In this document: piece by piece, positions 28,107 through 42,735 of the stretch | Layout of the letters: every line of letters begins with the position of its first letter | Position numbering within the stretch: position 1 is the first letter of the stretch | NCBI RefSeq assembly: GCF_009914755.1 | Contig: NC_060928.1 | Origin: the human T2T-CHM13v2.0 reference genome, Homo sapiens | Length of the DNA: 64,000 bases | Strand: one strand, 5' to 3' | Position numbers and translations under genes: made by a program | The notes under the pieces: generated by a model | The model's input: the letters and a program-made list of their open reading frames with translations, nothing else | The model's database searches: none | Told to the model about the DNA's origin: nothing

Positions 28107-29027
28107 GTAACTACACATATTTTTACAGTTACAACTCTAAGAGTCTCTACTTTTTCTCACCATCATCAGTTATGATACTCATTAGTTAGCCCTTCTGAAC
28201 TTGGCAATGTGTGCTAAATACATGGGTTATGCAATACTCATAACCTGCTGCCTGTGAGCATGTTAATACCTTTAAGCATTTGTCAAGAATATACCCATTT
28301 TTGTAATATTTATTTCAAGTTTATCAAGTGCTGACATTAATTATGGCAGTATATGTTTGTAGATTCTGTGTAAGCTGAATTGTGAATTTAGGGTGATGAT
28401 CCCAGACAGAAAAAAACCTGGTAAAGTTCACTTTGGTTTCCTCTGCCCCACCTGCATCCCCATCCTATGTTCCAGTTTCCTCTACATTAGGATCCCATGT
28501 CCCCGCAAGCCTCTCTTCCTTCCTAGTGCCCTCTAAAGAGGTCTCATGTGTCCTGGGCTGTGCAGCCCTAGGCACACTGGGCCCTTTACCACAGTGCCCT
28601 TGCTTTCCCCACACTGCCCTTGCTTTCCGCACACTACAACTGAAATGGACTTGATTTGGATCTGATCATTAAAGGACCAGGCCTCTCAAGGCTTCAGTTC
28701 AGTTTATCCAATGAACTAATTTTTCACTGGACTATAACATTCGATATACCTCAAGCTTCCATGTTTAAATACGGAGAGGTTGAGGCTTAGAGAGGTGAAG
28801 TGGGGGATGGGAGAAGGCAGGAACCCTACTCTGACTCCTATAAAGAGAAGTAAAATTTCCTAGAAATACTGGTGCCAGGGGAAAATTTCTGTTCTGTTTC
28901 CACTTCCCTCTTCCTCTCCCGATGATTAAAAATGGAGAGAGAAATCGAATGTTGGCTAAAATATAGTTAAAATACAAAATAATATTACATTTTAAAATTA
29001 AAACAAGAACCACGTTATAGAAAGAGC

Positions 29028-29232
29028 AGAGGCATATTAACTGTAAAGCTAGTGAAATTTAAACTCCAGGCCCCTCATTGGTGTGGTCCCCTTCCAAGGC
29101 CTTACCATTGTGCTCACACAGTCAAGATGTTTTTGTAAGTTTTCTAAGAATAAGATATTTTATCTGCAGTTTTTAACAAAGCTTCCATAACTTGTATTAG
29201 CTTCAGGCCTCACAAAAACCTGGATCTATTCT
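29028..29232 (+). mobile_element. MER53-like hAT DNA transposon fossil
   Basis: AGAGGCATATTAACTGTAAAGCTAGTGAA..CAGGCCCCTCA..CCCCTTCCAAGGCC..CTTCAGGCCTCACAAAAACCTGGATCT. Confidence 0.65.
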
Positions 29233-32200
29233 ATTTATGGTTAATACTGAGTCTAGTTAACATAATTTTCAATGTTGAGGAAGTTACCAAACTTTTTAAA
29301 GTCTCAGTTTCTTTGTGTCTGAAATGAGAAGAATAATAATCATGCTTGCTCAGATGCATGTAGGTTTGTGGGGTTGTAAAAGAAAGACAGCAGGGAGAAG
29401 GGGACAAGAGGAAGGAAGAAGGATGGAAAGGGACAGGGGAGAGAATGTGAAAGTATGTTTTGAGCTACAAAGCAATATACATGAGCAAAATACAAAGTGA
29501 TCTTAATGAAATATTTCTGCAGCATGTGACCTCCTCCTGTCTCTTCTTAGCATATTACCCATCGTTTTACTTTTTAATTGATGATTTAGGATTGCTCTGT
29601 TGAGCACATGAAATGGATAGATTAATTCTCCCTTTAATGTCCATTATTCTGCAGGTCTGAGAAAAATAAACCCCCACTTTGTTTAAGTCACTGGGGGTTT
29701 TATGTGGTTGGTTGGTTGGTTTTTCAGTTTTTGACGTAGTTAAAAATAATCTAAATGATACTGATTTTGGGAAGGAATTTGGGAACTCTGCGTACAAAGA
29801 ATTATTTTCGAAATCCTATTAAACATTTTCATGCTGGACCAAATTTTTCTTACTCTTTCTTCTAACAGAACATTTGCAGCACGTTGTCTGCTTTCCGAGG
29901 GGCAGGGTGGGACAGTTTGACACACTTTGATGTTACTGCATCACAAGAGTTACAGCTTTCTGGTTTCCAATATTTGTATCTTTTCTCAAATCCCCACCTC
30001 CTTCAGTAATCCGTTCTACATTTCAGGTGGCTGCACCCCATTTCCAGGGACTAAATTCTATATAAGTCAAAGTTCTTGGTCTCAAACAGCATTCTAACTA
30101 ATTTAACCCGAAAGGGGTTTATTGGAAGTTATTAGGTGGCTTACAGAATTTTGGGAGCACCGTATCAACCATTTTGGATACTAGTCAGTCAAAACAAAAA
30201 CTGAAAATACCAAGGGTTCTAGGGAACTACTGCTGCCCTCGGCAGGTAGGACACAGCATGCCAGAGAGTCCACCTCAGTATTTTCAGAACCACGTGGCTC
30301 CACCTCCGTGCTCCCCAGAAGACACAAATTCCATCTTGATGCTTATTTCTCATCCGAGTCCTGGGCAGACACCTCTGTTTGTCAGAAGCTTAGGCCACAT
30401 GCCTGCACTCTAGCTTCAGGAAGATGGGGAAATGTTTTCACTTCCCAGCCTCTATAGTACAGTAAGGCAGCAACAGAGGAGTTAGAATGAGTGCAGAGTG
30501 AGCCAGCCTACAGAATCCGCCACAGTGTCTTGCTTCCTTACATTTCACTGTGGGACTTGGGGCAAGATACTTAACCTCTCTAACTAATCCATGTTCTAAT
30601 ACGTAACATGAGGATTTGGACCCCATGAATTCCAAGAGTTCTTACCGTAATACAATTCTGGGTCTGTACTAGTTAGAATTCTGGCTTCTAGTGATGGAAT
30701 CCTTACATGACCCTGTGAAATTAAGTAAGTAGAATTTATTGGCTCTCCTAACCTAACTGTGGAAGATCAGGGGTGAAGCTGGCTTTAGGGTTGTCTGGCC
30801 CATCTGGCCTGCCTCCCCTCTCTGCTTTCTCTGGGTGTGGACTATAGAAACCAGCTTGTCCTTCAAGCTGGAGAAGCAGCTGCTTATGGTACCAAGGCTC
30901 ATATCCAAATAGCTCTGAGGTCAGAGAGGAAAAGAGCTCCTCTTTTTCTGAATCAGTTTCTAAGTTTCAGAAGGATGCTTAGCTAAGCTTGGTTTGTGTG
31001 CCCAGTCCTGTGGTCAGGGAGTGGAGTCTTTAACTAGAGAAAGGCAGGCTAACAGAGAAGTGTTTTGAGGCAGTCAGCCACCTCAATCAGTGACCAATGC
31101 AGATTCCAAAACGTAGTGTGCTACGATATGTAATGTGGGGTTTATTAATTTGTTTTCAGGCCCTTATTATGTGTGATAATGTTGTGTGGGGCTTAATGGG
31201 CAGTAAGACATCATTGCAACCTGCATTCAGGGAGCATAAATTGAATTCTATAGATAAAAGCAAACACAGTATGGAGCCTTATCTGCAAATAAACTATATA
31301 ATAGTGTTTTTAGGGAATGATCTGAATCCTAAAGCAGGTGAATATGGAACTTGAAGGAAGAGACTGGCTTTTTTTTTTGCCAAGGATTTTGCTCCAAGTC
31401 ATATTCCTAAGCCAACTCATATTTGACTTAAAAGATCACAGGTAAAATCTAAAATTGATTTTTTTTCCTTGAACTTTTTGCTTTTTTATCTATTTTTTTT
31501 TTTTTTGGATGTTGACTGTGTTGGTATTTAGAGAGCCTCTTCCTTTGGGAAGTTACATTACTGTACTGGAATATGTTTTGCTTCAGCAATAAATATGACA
31601 ATATAGCCTTTTGGTCTTATGCTTTATCAACATAGCTTATATAACAGGAAAAAAATATATTTCCTCCTTGAAATAAAAAAAATTGGTAGTGCACCCTAAA
31701 ATATATCTGTACTTTAGTAGCATTTTGCACACTAAGTTATACTTTGTTGGCAATTAGATTGTTGAAAATGTGTGAAAAGTTTCAGCTGATCAAAGTTTCA
31801 GCCTTTGGTTCATCATACAAATGTGCTTCTTAGTTTAATAATCTGAAGCACATGCATATTAAGTAGAGAAAACTAATTGCAGTAAATCCTGGAAACAATC
31901 TGGATGTTTCAATAATGTCACATTGTTTTTTCTGAATTTACTTGTAACACTGTTACATAAGGGTTTTGTTTTTACATTGTTTTAAGTCTTGTTGGCCTCT
32001 GTTTCTCTGATGATTATTAATAACTATATGATTTAATTAGATTTTATATTTATATGTCATGTCAAGGCTCTTGAGTGCATTTTATACATTTTTCTACTTG
32101 AACAATGTCTATAGATATAATGAAATATACATATGCTGTATAGTTATTCTTTCTAGAAATTTGTATTGTGATAGGAAATAACTAATTTATATACTTCAGC

Positions 32201-32479
32201 GATAATGGAGGATCACTCTTTGCTTTTAAACATTGGATATATCCATTCCAGTAAGTGGAATATAACTATTTTTAATGTGACCAAAGTCATTTTAATGTGT
32301 ATGTGTTCCAGCATTTTTGTTTCTTTTTCATTTTACAGTAAGTGGTTCTTAAACATAAATGGAAATCTTTCATATTCCATGAAGTTGATCCACAACCTTT
32401 GATGAGTGCCAATCGTATATAGATAGTTGTTGGTTTGGTGCAAATAAAATTAAAAGCCTAGCATTATAATCGAATTGAA

Positions 32480-33700
32480 AAGTCTATTGGAAGAGACTGG
32501 TTACTAAAGATGAAAAGTATCCTTGTGGAACAAAACAGAAACATCGATAGTGGGAGTCTAATATGTTATAGCAATACACAGCAGAAGCATCCAGTGCAGC
32601 CTCGGGTACCAGGGAAGTAATGCTTAAACGGAGAATGGAAAGATTATTAGTAATGATGCTGAGCCTTGTGGAAAGAATCATAGTTAGAGGAAATAACATG
32701 TATGAAAGCCCAGAGGTGAAAGAGAGGTTGGCAGCTATGGAGAAACTAAAATAAGTTCCCTTCAGCTGCAGCAGAGAGATGGGGTCAAGCAAGAGAGAGG
32801 TGTTAGGGAACTGATAACAGAAAAAGCCTGACCTGGGATGAGATTAGTGGCACTAAGCGAAATAGGCAGATTCAAGAGGAGGACCTACTGATTAACAGGT
32901 TTCGAGAAACAAGGGAGAGGAGGGGAATCAAGGATTTTTCCAGACACCTTGGGCAACTGGGTGGATGTGGTGCTGTGCGTGGAGGAAGACAGCACAGGAG
33001 AAGAAGCAGATTTAGGGGGAGTCTTTGGGACATTTCAGGATGTCCAGTGGGGAGCTGCTTTGGTGATAAAGACTGAGGAGACATCAGCGTAAAAATAGTA
33101 ATTTCATACCAATACCCAAAGGGTTTGCAAAAGAAGAGGAGGCTTAGAAGTATCTGCCAGAGAGGAGAAGAAAAGCAAAGACAGAATGCTTTTAAACATT
33201 GAAGGAAAGAAAGTCTTTCAAATGGGACTGAATGGTCATCATGCCAAATGTTACACAGAGGTCAAACAAGATAAGAACAAAACAGTTCCCATTGGATTTT
33301 GCACTGAGGATGTTGCTGTTGACCACTTGACAGTTTCAGTCAAGTGGTCAAGGGTGAATCCAGATGCAGCGGGTTGAGAAATGAATGGGAAATAAGGAAT
33401 TGGAGATAGTGAATGTAGACAGCTCTTGTAAGAAGAATGTTAATGAAAGGGAGATAAAGATAAGGCTGTAGCTGGAGGAAGATGGGAGGCCAAGGGACAG
33501 TTTCATTTTTTATTTAATATGAGAGAGACCTGAGTGTGTTTAACCACTGGTGATGTGAAATAACCGGAGGAGAGGGGAAGGCCGAAGACACTGAGGGGCT
33601 TTGGGGAGGGTTGCAATCAATAGAAGGGGGCCTCTGAGAAGGTGGGAATGATGGGATCCATCGTCCCAGATAAGGGGGCTGTCTTCAATTGTAAAGGGAG
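32480..33700 (-). mobile_element. L2 LINE fragments, antisense
   Basis: Purine-rich L2-type motifs (GAGGAGGGGAATCAAGGAT.., CAAATGTTACACAGAGGTCAA.., CCAGATGCAGCGGGTTGAGAAATGAATGGGA). Confidence 0.6.
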
Positions 33701-33711
33701 GAAAGAGTGGG

Positions 33712-34155
33712 ATCAGTAGCAGTTAGGAGTGCTTTCACTTGCAAATAACAGAAAACCCAGCTACCAATAGTGCCTCACTCAAGCAGATATTCATTTTTCT
33801 TGTATGACAAGCAATTTAGAGTAAGCAATTGCTGACATTGCTTCTGCAAGTTGATATCAGCACTAAGGGGTTGACATCACTGCATTTCCCTTCATCTTTT
33901 CCTTTCAAACTGTGCTCAAGGCAGGAAAAGGGGGGAAGGGATGGTATTAGCTGCACTTGGTCATTTAAACAGGAAAGTGTCTCCAGAGGCCTCCGGGAGA
34001 CTTCTGCTTGCATCTCATTGGCCAGTACGGTGTCCCATGGCCACTCATAACGACAAGGGAGACTGGGAAAGATTTTTTTTACCCTCATAGTGGGAGAAGT
34101 CAAGAGAGATAAGATTTGGGAATGACAGATTAGTTAAATAGCAGCATCTACCACA
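33712..34155 (-). mobile_element. MaLR LTR (MLT1J/K-like), antisense
   Basis: CAGTTAGGAGTGCTTTCACTTGCAAATAACAGAAAACCC..CATCTCATTGGCCAG..CTACCACA. Confidence 0.6.
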
Positions 34156-34961
34156 GAGCAAATGCAGATAATTTGTAAATTTGGTAGCACGCAGGTGAAG
34201 GACTTGCCATCTGATAGTTCTGTTGTCTCTAAAATTGGAAATAAGATAATCTGTGAAGTCAGGAATATAACTTTTGAGAGTGGTGAAAAATAGGAAATGT
34301 CCTCTTTGGAGAACTTGAAACGCGGGACTGATGAAACAGTGATCTCTGAACTACACTGAGATTTAATTAGCGATTAGAGATTGATAGGGCACATGCCTAG
34401 AGAATTATGTGACTTATCAAAGAGTGATGACCAGACAATGAGAATATTATTCTTCATTTGTATTATACTTCTTGTGAATATAAAACATCCTACTGAATGC
34501 TTTTGATTTTGAATTCTGTTTGTATAAAATTCATATTTTAATTTTTTTAAAATGTGTTTATGCTGTATAAATCATTACCTACTTGTTTTGTTATAGGTAT
34601 GTCTCATAAATTTACATATATATTTATGTGGATTTTTTCCCCACAGCTTTTTATTTTAAAAACTTTCAAATATATAGAAAACTTGAAAAAGTAGTACAGT
34701 GAACACCCCCCATGCCATTCACTGACTTCCACTAATTAACACTTCCCCACATTTTCCTTTTTCCTTCCCCTCTTCTTTCTTTCTTTCACACACATCACAC
34801 ACCTTTTTTTTTGGAACCATCTAAAACTTTAAGTTGTAGACAATAAGACACCTCAGCCCTACATACTTCTGCATTCATCCGGCACGAATGAGAACATTCT
34901 CCTATGTAACCACAATGCAAGAATTGCACCTAATCAGAATGAACGCTAATATCATCCCTAA

Positions 34962-35306
<345 letters not shown>

Positions 35307-37251
35307 AAAGAAGAATATTTGAAAACTACATTTCTTTTTTTATAAATTAATCTAACAGGTTTGGAAGTGCCCTTTAGCAGTAGGCTTAATGTTGAAATTT
35401 TGTTTCCATTTGTCAAGGCTTTTCCGGTCTTTCTAGATTTTCATTTTGGATGCACACTCTAGACAGTATCTGCCTGTGTGTATATAACTGAAACTTATAT
35501 TGGCTTTTCTCTTCAGCAGTATCCTCTTACTTCCCAATTTGATGACCAACCTTTCCATCCTCCACTTTGACTGTGGCTGAGTACTGTGTGATAGATAAAA
35601 GATATCTATATTATCTCTTACACAAACCAATTAAAGCCTCTATTTGAGTAAATATTATAAACTGTTGCTTTCATATTTAAACGGTAAATTTAACATACTT
35701 TTTATCCAAGTGGATAAAGTAGCTGTTTTATGGCCATATTAGAACTATTAATTAATAAAATAGAACCCAGTGACTGAGATGGAGGTATTTCATATGAAAA
35801 TTAAATTTACTTTGTATAAAATTGAAAATGCTGGTGATTAATGTTCCCTGGATGCAGGATACAGTAGGAAACACTGGGTTTTTCTAAATACAGACATGAC
35901 TCCTTATCAAGGAACTGGAATTCTAAAACAACATTGAAACGAACATGTAAATAAAAGACTTGATAAAGAAATAGAGCATGTACACGGAAATTATTTGCCA
36001 AATGCAGGAATAAGATTGAAGATATTTAAACAGGCACAAATTTCTTGATGATTTATTTGTCTCTTTTAAATTTTCATACAGATTTAATCTGTAAATAAAA
36101 ATAGGGTGACTGTGATTTGAGTAACTTTACAAGCACTTTCAAAACTGTGCAAAAGTATACAAAGTTGTCAGTTGGGTGGTGTTTGTTCCTGCTGGACTGC
36201 TTTGATGTATGCTGTGTTATATGGGACTGGCCACAAGTTTTTGGCCTCTTCAGGTCCCATAAATCTTGAAACTTTTGTGTTCACACTCAGCTCCTGGCAT
36301 CATCAGCCACAGGAGCCCAAGATGCACAGACTCACCTAATATGCACCCCAGTTATTAGCAATGAACTTCTCTGCTCCCAGTGGACTAGTCAGTTTCCAGT
36401 GTTTGAATTATTTATAATTTAAAAACTAGAGACATAAAACTACACTGAAACAGACATGTCTCATCATCTTTTGCTCAGGGCCTTTTGGTGATAAATGCGC
36501 GCATATGAACTCGGGTTGAAAGATAATTTCGATTGCCTGCCAACTGTGGCCACCACCTGAGCAGCCAAATCTGGCTGAATAAAAACATGACTGCACTGAT
36601 GGGGCCTTATTTTAATTTATGACCACGAATCTATGGCCTTTATGGGTCTGACTCTGTAGCTCAAATCCATTCACTCACCTGCAGAACTAGATCACTGTTT
36701 CTTACCTCCTCTCTGTCCCCCTTCACGCACTCTGAACTGGTGGTTTTGCATCATATTTCACTAAGAAAATGAAAACAACAGAAGAGAATTTCTTCCTTCT
36801 CCCATCATCATCATATCTACAAACTTACCTGGATCTATGTCCGTGTAACTGCCTTCCTCTTTAAGCCCACATTTCTCCATTTTCTTTATCTTCACTGACC
36901 CGGAGATGAAATTTAGTATTTCTTGCAATTGTGAACCTAGATAGTCAAACCATAGGAATATTAGCTGTAGCTGTCCAATAAAAAAATCTACAGATATTTT
37001 CATCTCATTTCACTTCTTACAGATATCTTGAAATAAGTACGTGCATGACTTCTTTGAAGTAACTGTGGTTACTATGTTCACTGATTGATATCATTATTTA
37101 ATGTGTTAATTAAAAGTATGTATTTTACTATAGAATAACTTTTAAAATATTTTGATGACATATTTTCTTATAATTTGTTTTCTTTTATACCAATTCTAGA
37201 TACACCAAAAATATAAAAATGTTTTATTTTATGCATTTAAAATATTATTCA

Positions 37252-37556
<305 letters not shown>

Positions 37557-37629
37557 TTATTCAGAGAAGGAATCTGAGGGTTTTAACAGACTTTCAAAGG
37601 GATTCATGAAAGTCCATGCCTCCTTGAAG

Positions 37630-38660
37630 TATATTTTCTGCCACAACCTCCCTTTTCAGCTTCTAAATTGATGTATGCAACTGCCTACTCAACATTTCCT
37701 CTTGGATATCTAATTAGAACCTCAGATCTACCATGTCCAAAATCAAGCTCCCTATTCTTACCTACTCCCAAAACTTGTGCCTCTTACAGTCTTCCCCCCA
37801 CCTCAGTAACAGGTGATTCCATTCTTCTAGTTGCTCAGACCAAAACCCATGGAATCACCCCTGACTCTTCTCTTTCACAAGCCACATCTGATCTAGTGGC
37901 AATTTTGTTGACTTTATCTTCAAAGTCAGTTCCACGCTATCCATACTGGTTCATTTGTTCAGTAGTCTCCTGATAGCACCCATTGCTTCCACTACTGCCT
38001 ACCCTGCCCCCCAACACACGTATACACACCACACACAAACCTTGTGCTAAACCTCAGTCTAAATCCGTCTCCTCTCTTGCCTGGATTGCTGTAAAGGCTT
38101 TTTATTTTCCTACAGTCACTACCTTTGCGACATCCTGCAGCCTGTCTCCACACAGTGTCCAGAGTGACCTTGTGGCGGTGTCCCACTGCCAGTAGAGCAG
38201 AAAACAAACTCCTTCCATGGCCACAGAGCCCCCCTCAGAGGGACCATGCCCATCTCACTGAGTTCACCTCCCACCTCTCACCCCTAATTAGCTGCCTTCT
38301 TCCTCTTTGAACATGCCAAGCCCAGGTTTCTTGTTCTTGCTGCTGCCTCTTCTCCCTGGAAAGTGATGTTCTGACATCTCATGATTGGGCATCAGCTCAG
38401 ATGCAACCTCCCCAGAGAGGCCAGCCTCCATCACCACAACTACAATAGTGCCTCCCCTAGTCACCCTCTGTCCTATTACCCTTCTTATTTTAGTCTGTAA
38501 TTTATGACTTACTTGTTCATGTGTTTATTTCTTTCATCTAAAGTGTAAGTTCTCAGAGGGTAAGTTATTGTTGTAATCGCTACTGGCTTTCCAGCACTAA
38601 GAATCATCCTGGCTCATAGTAGGTGCTCAATACATTTGTGGTCAATGGATGGATGAACTA
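37630..38660 (+). mobile_element. L2 LINE 3' region
   Basis: Ends with the L2 3' motif CCTGGCTCATAGTAGGTGCTCAATACATTTGT..ATGGATGGATGAA. Confidence 0.7.
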
Positions 38661-41600
38661 GGTGCCAACGATAGCAAAATACTATACAGAAGAATGTATC
38701 ACTTAGACAGGCTAAAGCTCATTTAAAGGGAACTACATGGGTATATTCAAATACTGTTCCTCATTTGTCATGATTTGAATGCATAATTCTAAGCCCTTAC
38801 TTTTTATATGATGGCTAACTCTTATAATAAAATACTTATGTTCAATTTACTATCCTGATGAATATTAGCTAATTTTCTTTATGGTCAGAGTTAAAAATTT
38901 AGAAAAAATCTCCAGGTAAACCAGGGATACATATTGGAAGACAAAAGATACTATTTTGTAATTAAACAATAAACTGAGTGAATGAGCTTTAAAAATAAAT
39001 AATGTATCTTTATTTTAAAGGCCAACAATTTAACAAAAATTGAAATAATCTTTACAGTATAGGTTCTAGAATGAACAATGAAAACGTATCCATGCCGTCT
39101 TATTTTAGATACATAGACAATTGAATTGGTGCTGTGTACATACAAGAGGTTACTCTTAGATGTACATGTGTCATTATAATCAATGCCAAATATATAAAGA
39201 CCATACCGGCTTGTATGTTTGGCTGTTTATAATGCTTTAAATACTAATTCATCTTTTTAATTTTCTTCTATGTATTTTGTTTGTGAACAATCATAATATT
39301 CCATGCGACCTAGATAACAGGAGTATGCAATGGTGACTTTGTTGGGAGTTTAAGCAGAGTTCAGTAGCTATAAAGGATTTCACTAATAGGAAAAGAATAA
39401 GACAAACTCTCTGTTGACCTTTGTTTCACATTAAAATGACCGAAGTTTAACACCAAAATGACAGCTGGTTAAAACAGCTTGAGATTTCAAAGTGCTTCAG
39501 TATATATAAATATTATGACTGATCCCATAAGTGTGTTGGAAGACACTTTAAGAAAGGTCCTTGGTTTAACAGTTTTCTACCTTCTCCCATTTTGGTTGAA
39601 GGGAAGTATCACTCAAAAAAAGTTTTTTGTCTTCTGAATTTAGAGAAATAGAATAATTTAAAACATGTAGCTGAACTCAACAGAACCAAGATTAGAAGGT
39701 TAATACTGTGGATGGAAATTACTACTTTGTGGAGAACCCTAAGCTTCAGATTCCTGTAGTTTGATAATACGATAGATACTTCTCTATATTAACTTTAGGT
39801 AATGAGTTGCCAATAGTATATATATTCTCTGTCTCTCTCTATATATATGTATAGAATACATTATTAAAATGTGTTTTTACCACTTCTTTTTCTGCAACAG
39901 AACATGTTAGGACAAGGCAATTTCTCAGGGATCAAAGGTACATCATGGCAAACTCATTCCTGCACTTTGGTCTCACGGTCTTTCAAAAGGTGTGTTCCTA
40001 TCAAGCCTCAACTCTTTAAAATTATCTTGGCTTTACTACTGAAATTTAAATCAAGTTACTTTTTATCATAAACATTTTATAATAGTTACTTACAGTTTTC
40101 TGTTCAGTTTTCCATGGGCAAGGAAAACTTGGGATGACAGAGTAGAAAGAATAGGAAGCAAGAGTGATAAACAGAAGTCTGAATGATGTAATTTGTTATT
40201 AGAATAAATTATCAGCAGGACAGAGTTCAAGCAGAAGCTTTCCCATGAGGCATGTAACATTTCTAAAAGGCATCAACATCAATTGGTGAAGAATTAATTC
40301 AGAAAGTGGAGGTTGGCTAGGGTCATGTAATCAGAGAGTGAGTGCAGATTTGAGGGTGGAGGCTGCGCAGCTGGCAAAAGGCTGGGCCAGCTTCCCGCAG
40401 GCAGGTGAAGGGAACAAGAGGGAGATAGCATGTGTGGAAGAAGCTGGGAGGAATGATTTTCTTTACGTGTTTACTTTCTAAGCTTTTAAAAGGCATGCAC
40501 ATAGTACAGATTCAAACAGACAACAGAAAATCGAATGAGAATTAAGTCAGCTTTTCACTCCAACTCCCAGTCGCTGATTCCCCTCCCAAGGGCCAACACT
40601 GTCTTGCAAATCCTTCCAGAGGTACTCTACGCATGGACAAGCATTTATGTGCAGTTCTTCCTTTTTTTTTTTTTTTTTACCCAAAAAGTAGCATTCTATA
40701 CAATGCTTCCACTTTTTACATAGGTGGCATGCAAGGCATACCATTCTACACTGTGCATTCCTAACCAAATAGAGTATAGACTTCATTCCTCTTAATTCCC
40801 TTTTAAGAGCCACATTATATGCAGATGTGCCTGTCTCCAGCTGATGGACATTTAAGGTATTTGGTCCTGGACAGAGAACTTGGAGGTTGTAGGACAGGAA
40901 TAAGAGGGAGATAATTTTTAATGTATACTACTTTCTTGACTTTGATAATGTGTATGTAGTTTGCATATTCAAGGGGAAAAACATTCGAAGAGTCAAAATA
41001 TAGTCACATGCCCCCTTTGCTTAACAACCTTCTGTAAATTTTTTTACTGTGAGGATAAACCCAGTCCAGAACTACATGGCCTGCTTGGGCGGGCCTGTCT
41101 GTCTCCCCAGAGCCTTTTGGGGACTTTGCCCTGGTCCCCACACTCCAGCCCATCTTTCAGTTCTTCTAACATGGACTCTTTTTCACCTCAGCAGTGAGAA
41201 AGCTCATGCACTTTTGTATTCTCCCTGCTCCCTGAACCGCTTATTTCCTTTACTTACTCTCTTTTTGGCCTGCAGGGAAAAGTTCTCCAATCTAAATTGG
41301 GTCCCCTTATTAGTTTCTGTCATAGAACGATGAAATTATTTATTGATATGTCTGGATTTTAGTCTTTGCTGTGGGTACCACTTTTTACTTCATTGGTCTG
41401 GGGTAGTGGGAGAAACATTTTGTTGAGATTCAAGAAATCTGAATTCTGATCCTACCACTGCATGGCATGACTGCGGCCTTCAGCAAATCACTTACCTTCC
41501 CTGGCTTCAATTTTCTTACCTGTAAAATGAGAAAAACAGACTGGTTGATTTCTAAGGCCCTATAATTTGTGGTATTAGAACACTGTGAATACATAGGATA

Positions 41601-41807
41601 AAGTGAAATACATATAAATGTTGAATGCTAGTATACTCTTTATATAACATGGAATGCATTTAAATATTGAATGCTTGTATAAAAGTATTTTATGTTACAA
41701 ATGGATGTTTAATTTCTTTCTTCAGAGTTACATAACTTTATGATTATTCCTTACAGAATAGTTTCCTAATTTCTCCCCTAACTTTTACAAATGTGTCAAA
41801 TCCACAG

Positions 41808-41927
41808 ATACCCAGACAATATTCAAAGATAAACTTAATATACAGACTAGTATATTCTAATATGCCAATACCCAGACAACATTCAAAGATAAACTTAATA
41901 TACAGACTAGTATATTCTAATATGCCA
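41808..41927. repeat. 60-bp tandem duplication (2 copies, 1 mismatch)
   Basis: ATACCCAGACAA(T/C)ATTCAAAGATAAACTTAATATACAGACTAGTATATTCTAATATGCCA x2. Confidence 0.97.
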
Positions 41928-41969
41928 AACCCTAATTTTCTTATAATGCCCTCCTTGCAATATTTTTAT

Positions 41970-42735
41970 AAGGCATTTATAATTTTTTATTATTGTGGAT
42001 CCATATTAGTTGTACATATTGATGGGGTACGTGTGATATTTTGATACAAGCATGTAACATGTAATAATAAAATCAGGGTAGTTAGGATATTCATCACCAC
42101 AAGCATTTATTATTTGTGTTAGGAACTTTCAATTCCATTCTTTTAGTTATTTTTAAATATACATTAAATTATTATTAACTATAGTTGCAGTATTGTGCTA
42201 CTGAACACTAGATCTTATTTATTCTATCTAACTGTATTTTTGAACCCCCTAACCAACCACTCTTTATCTCCTGCCTCCCAACTACCCTTCCCAGGCTCTG
42301 GTAACTATCATTCTATTCTCTATCTCCATGAGTTCAATTTTTTTAACTCCCACATGAGTGAGAACATGCGATGTTTGTCTTTCAATGCCTGGCTTATTTT
42401 GCTTAACATAATGTCATCCAGTTTCATCCATGTTGCTACAAATGACAGGATTTTATTCTTTTTTACAGCTGAATAGTATTCCATTGCCTTCTTCCATTCA
42501 TCTGCTTATGGACACCTAGGTTGATTCCATATCTTGGCTATTGTGAATAGTGCTGCAGTAAACATGGGTATGTAGATATAGCTTTGATATTCTGATTTCC
42601 TATTTTTGGATATGTACTTAGCAGTGGGATTGCAGGATCATAGGTAATTCTATTTTTAGATTTTTGAGGAACCTCTAAGCTATTCTCCTTAGTGGCTCTA
42701 CTAATTTACCTTCCTACCAGCACTGCATGAGGGTT
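41970..42735 (-). mobile_element. L1MA-type 3' end, antisense
   Basis: GTACATATTGATGGGGTACGTGTGATATTTTGATACAAGCAT..GTTTCATCCATGTTGCTACAAATGACAGGATTT. Confidence 0.85.

Noticed and set aside
31531-32400. Faint resemblance to the AtuA C-terminus (EPLPLGSYITVLE; VLKH..DPQ)
   Set aside because: Wrong position (upstream of exon H) and lacks RSGDKG and GGGG; identity is far below that of the real exons.
36291-36335. CAG|CT CCT GGC.. (APG..) as the exon after G
   Set aside because: 43401-43443 matches the expected APGLT..VGGRP.V much better and has a stronger acceptor.
36487-36516. GDKCAHMNSG resembling AtuA GDKG..NIG
   Set aside because: No flanking similarity or splice sites, and out of order.
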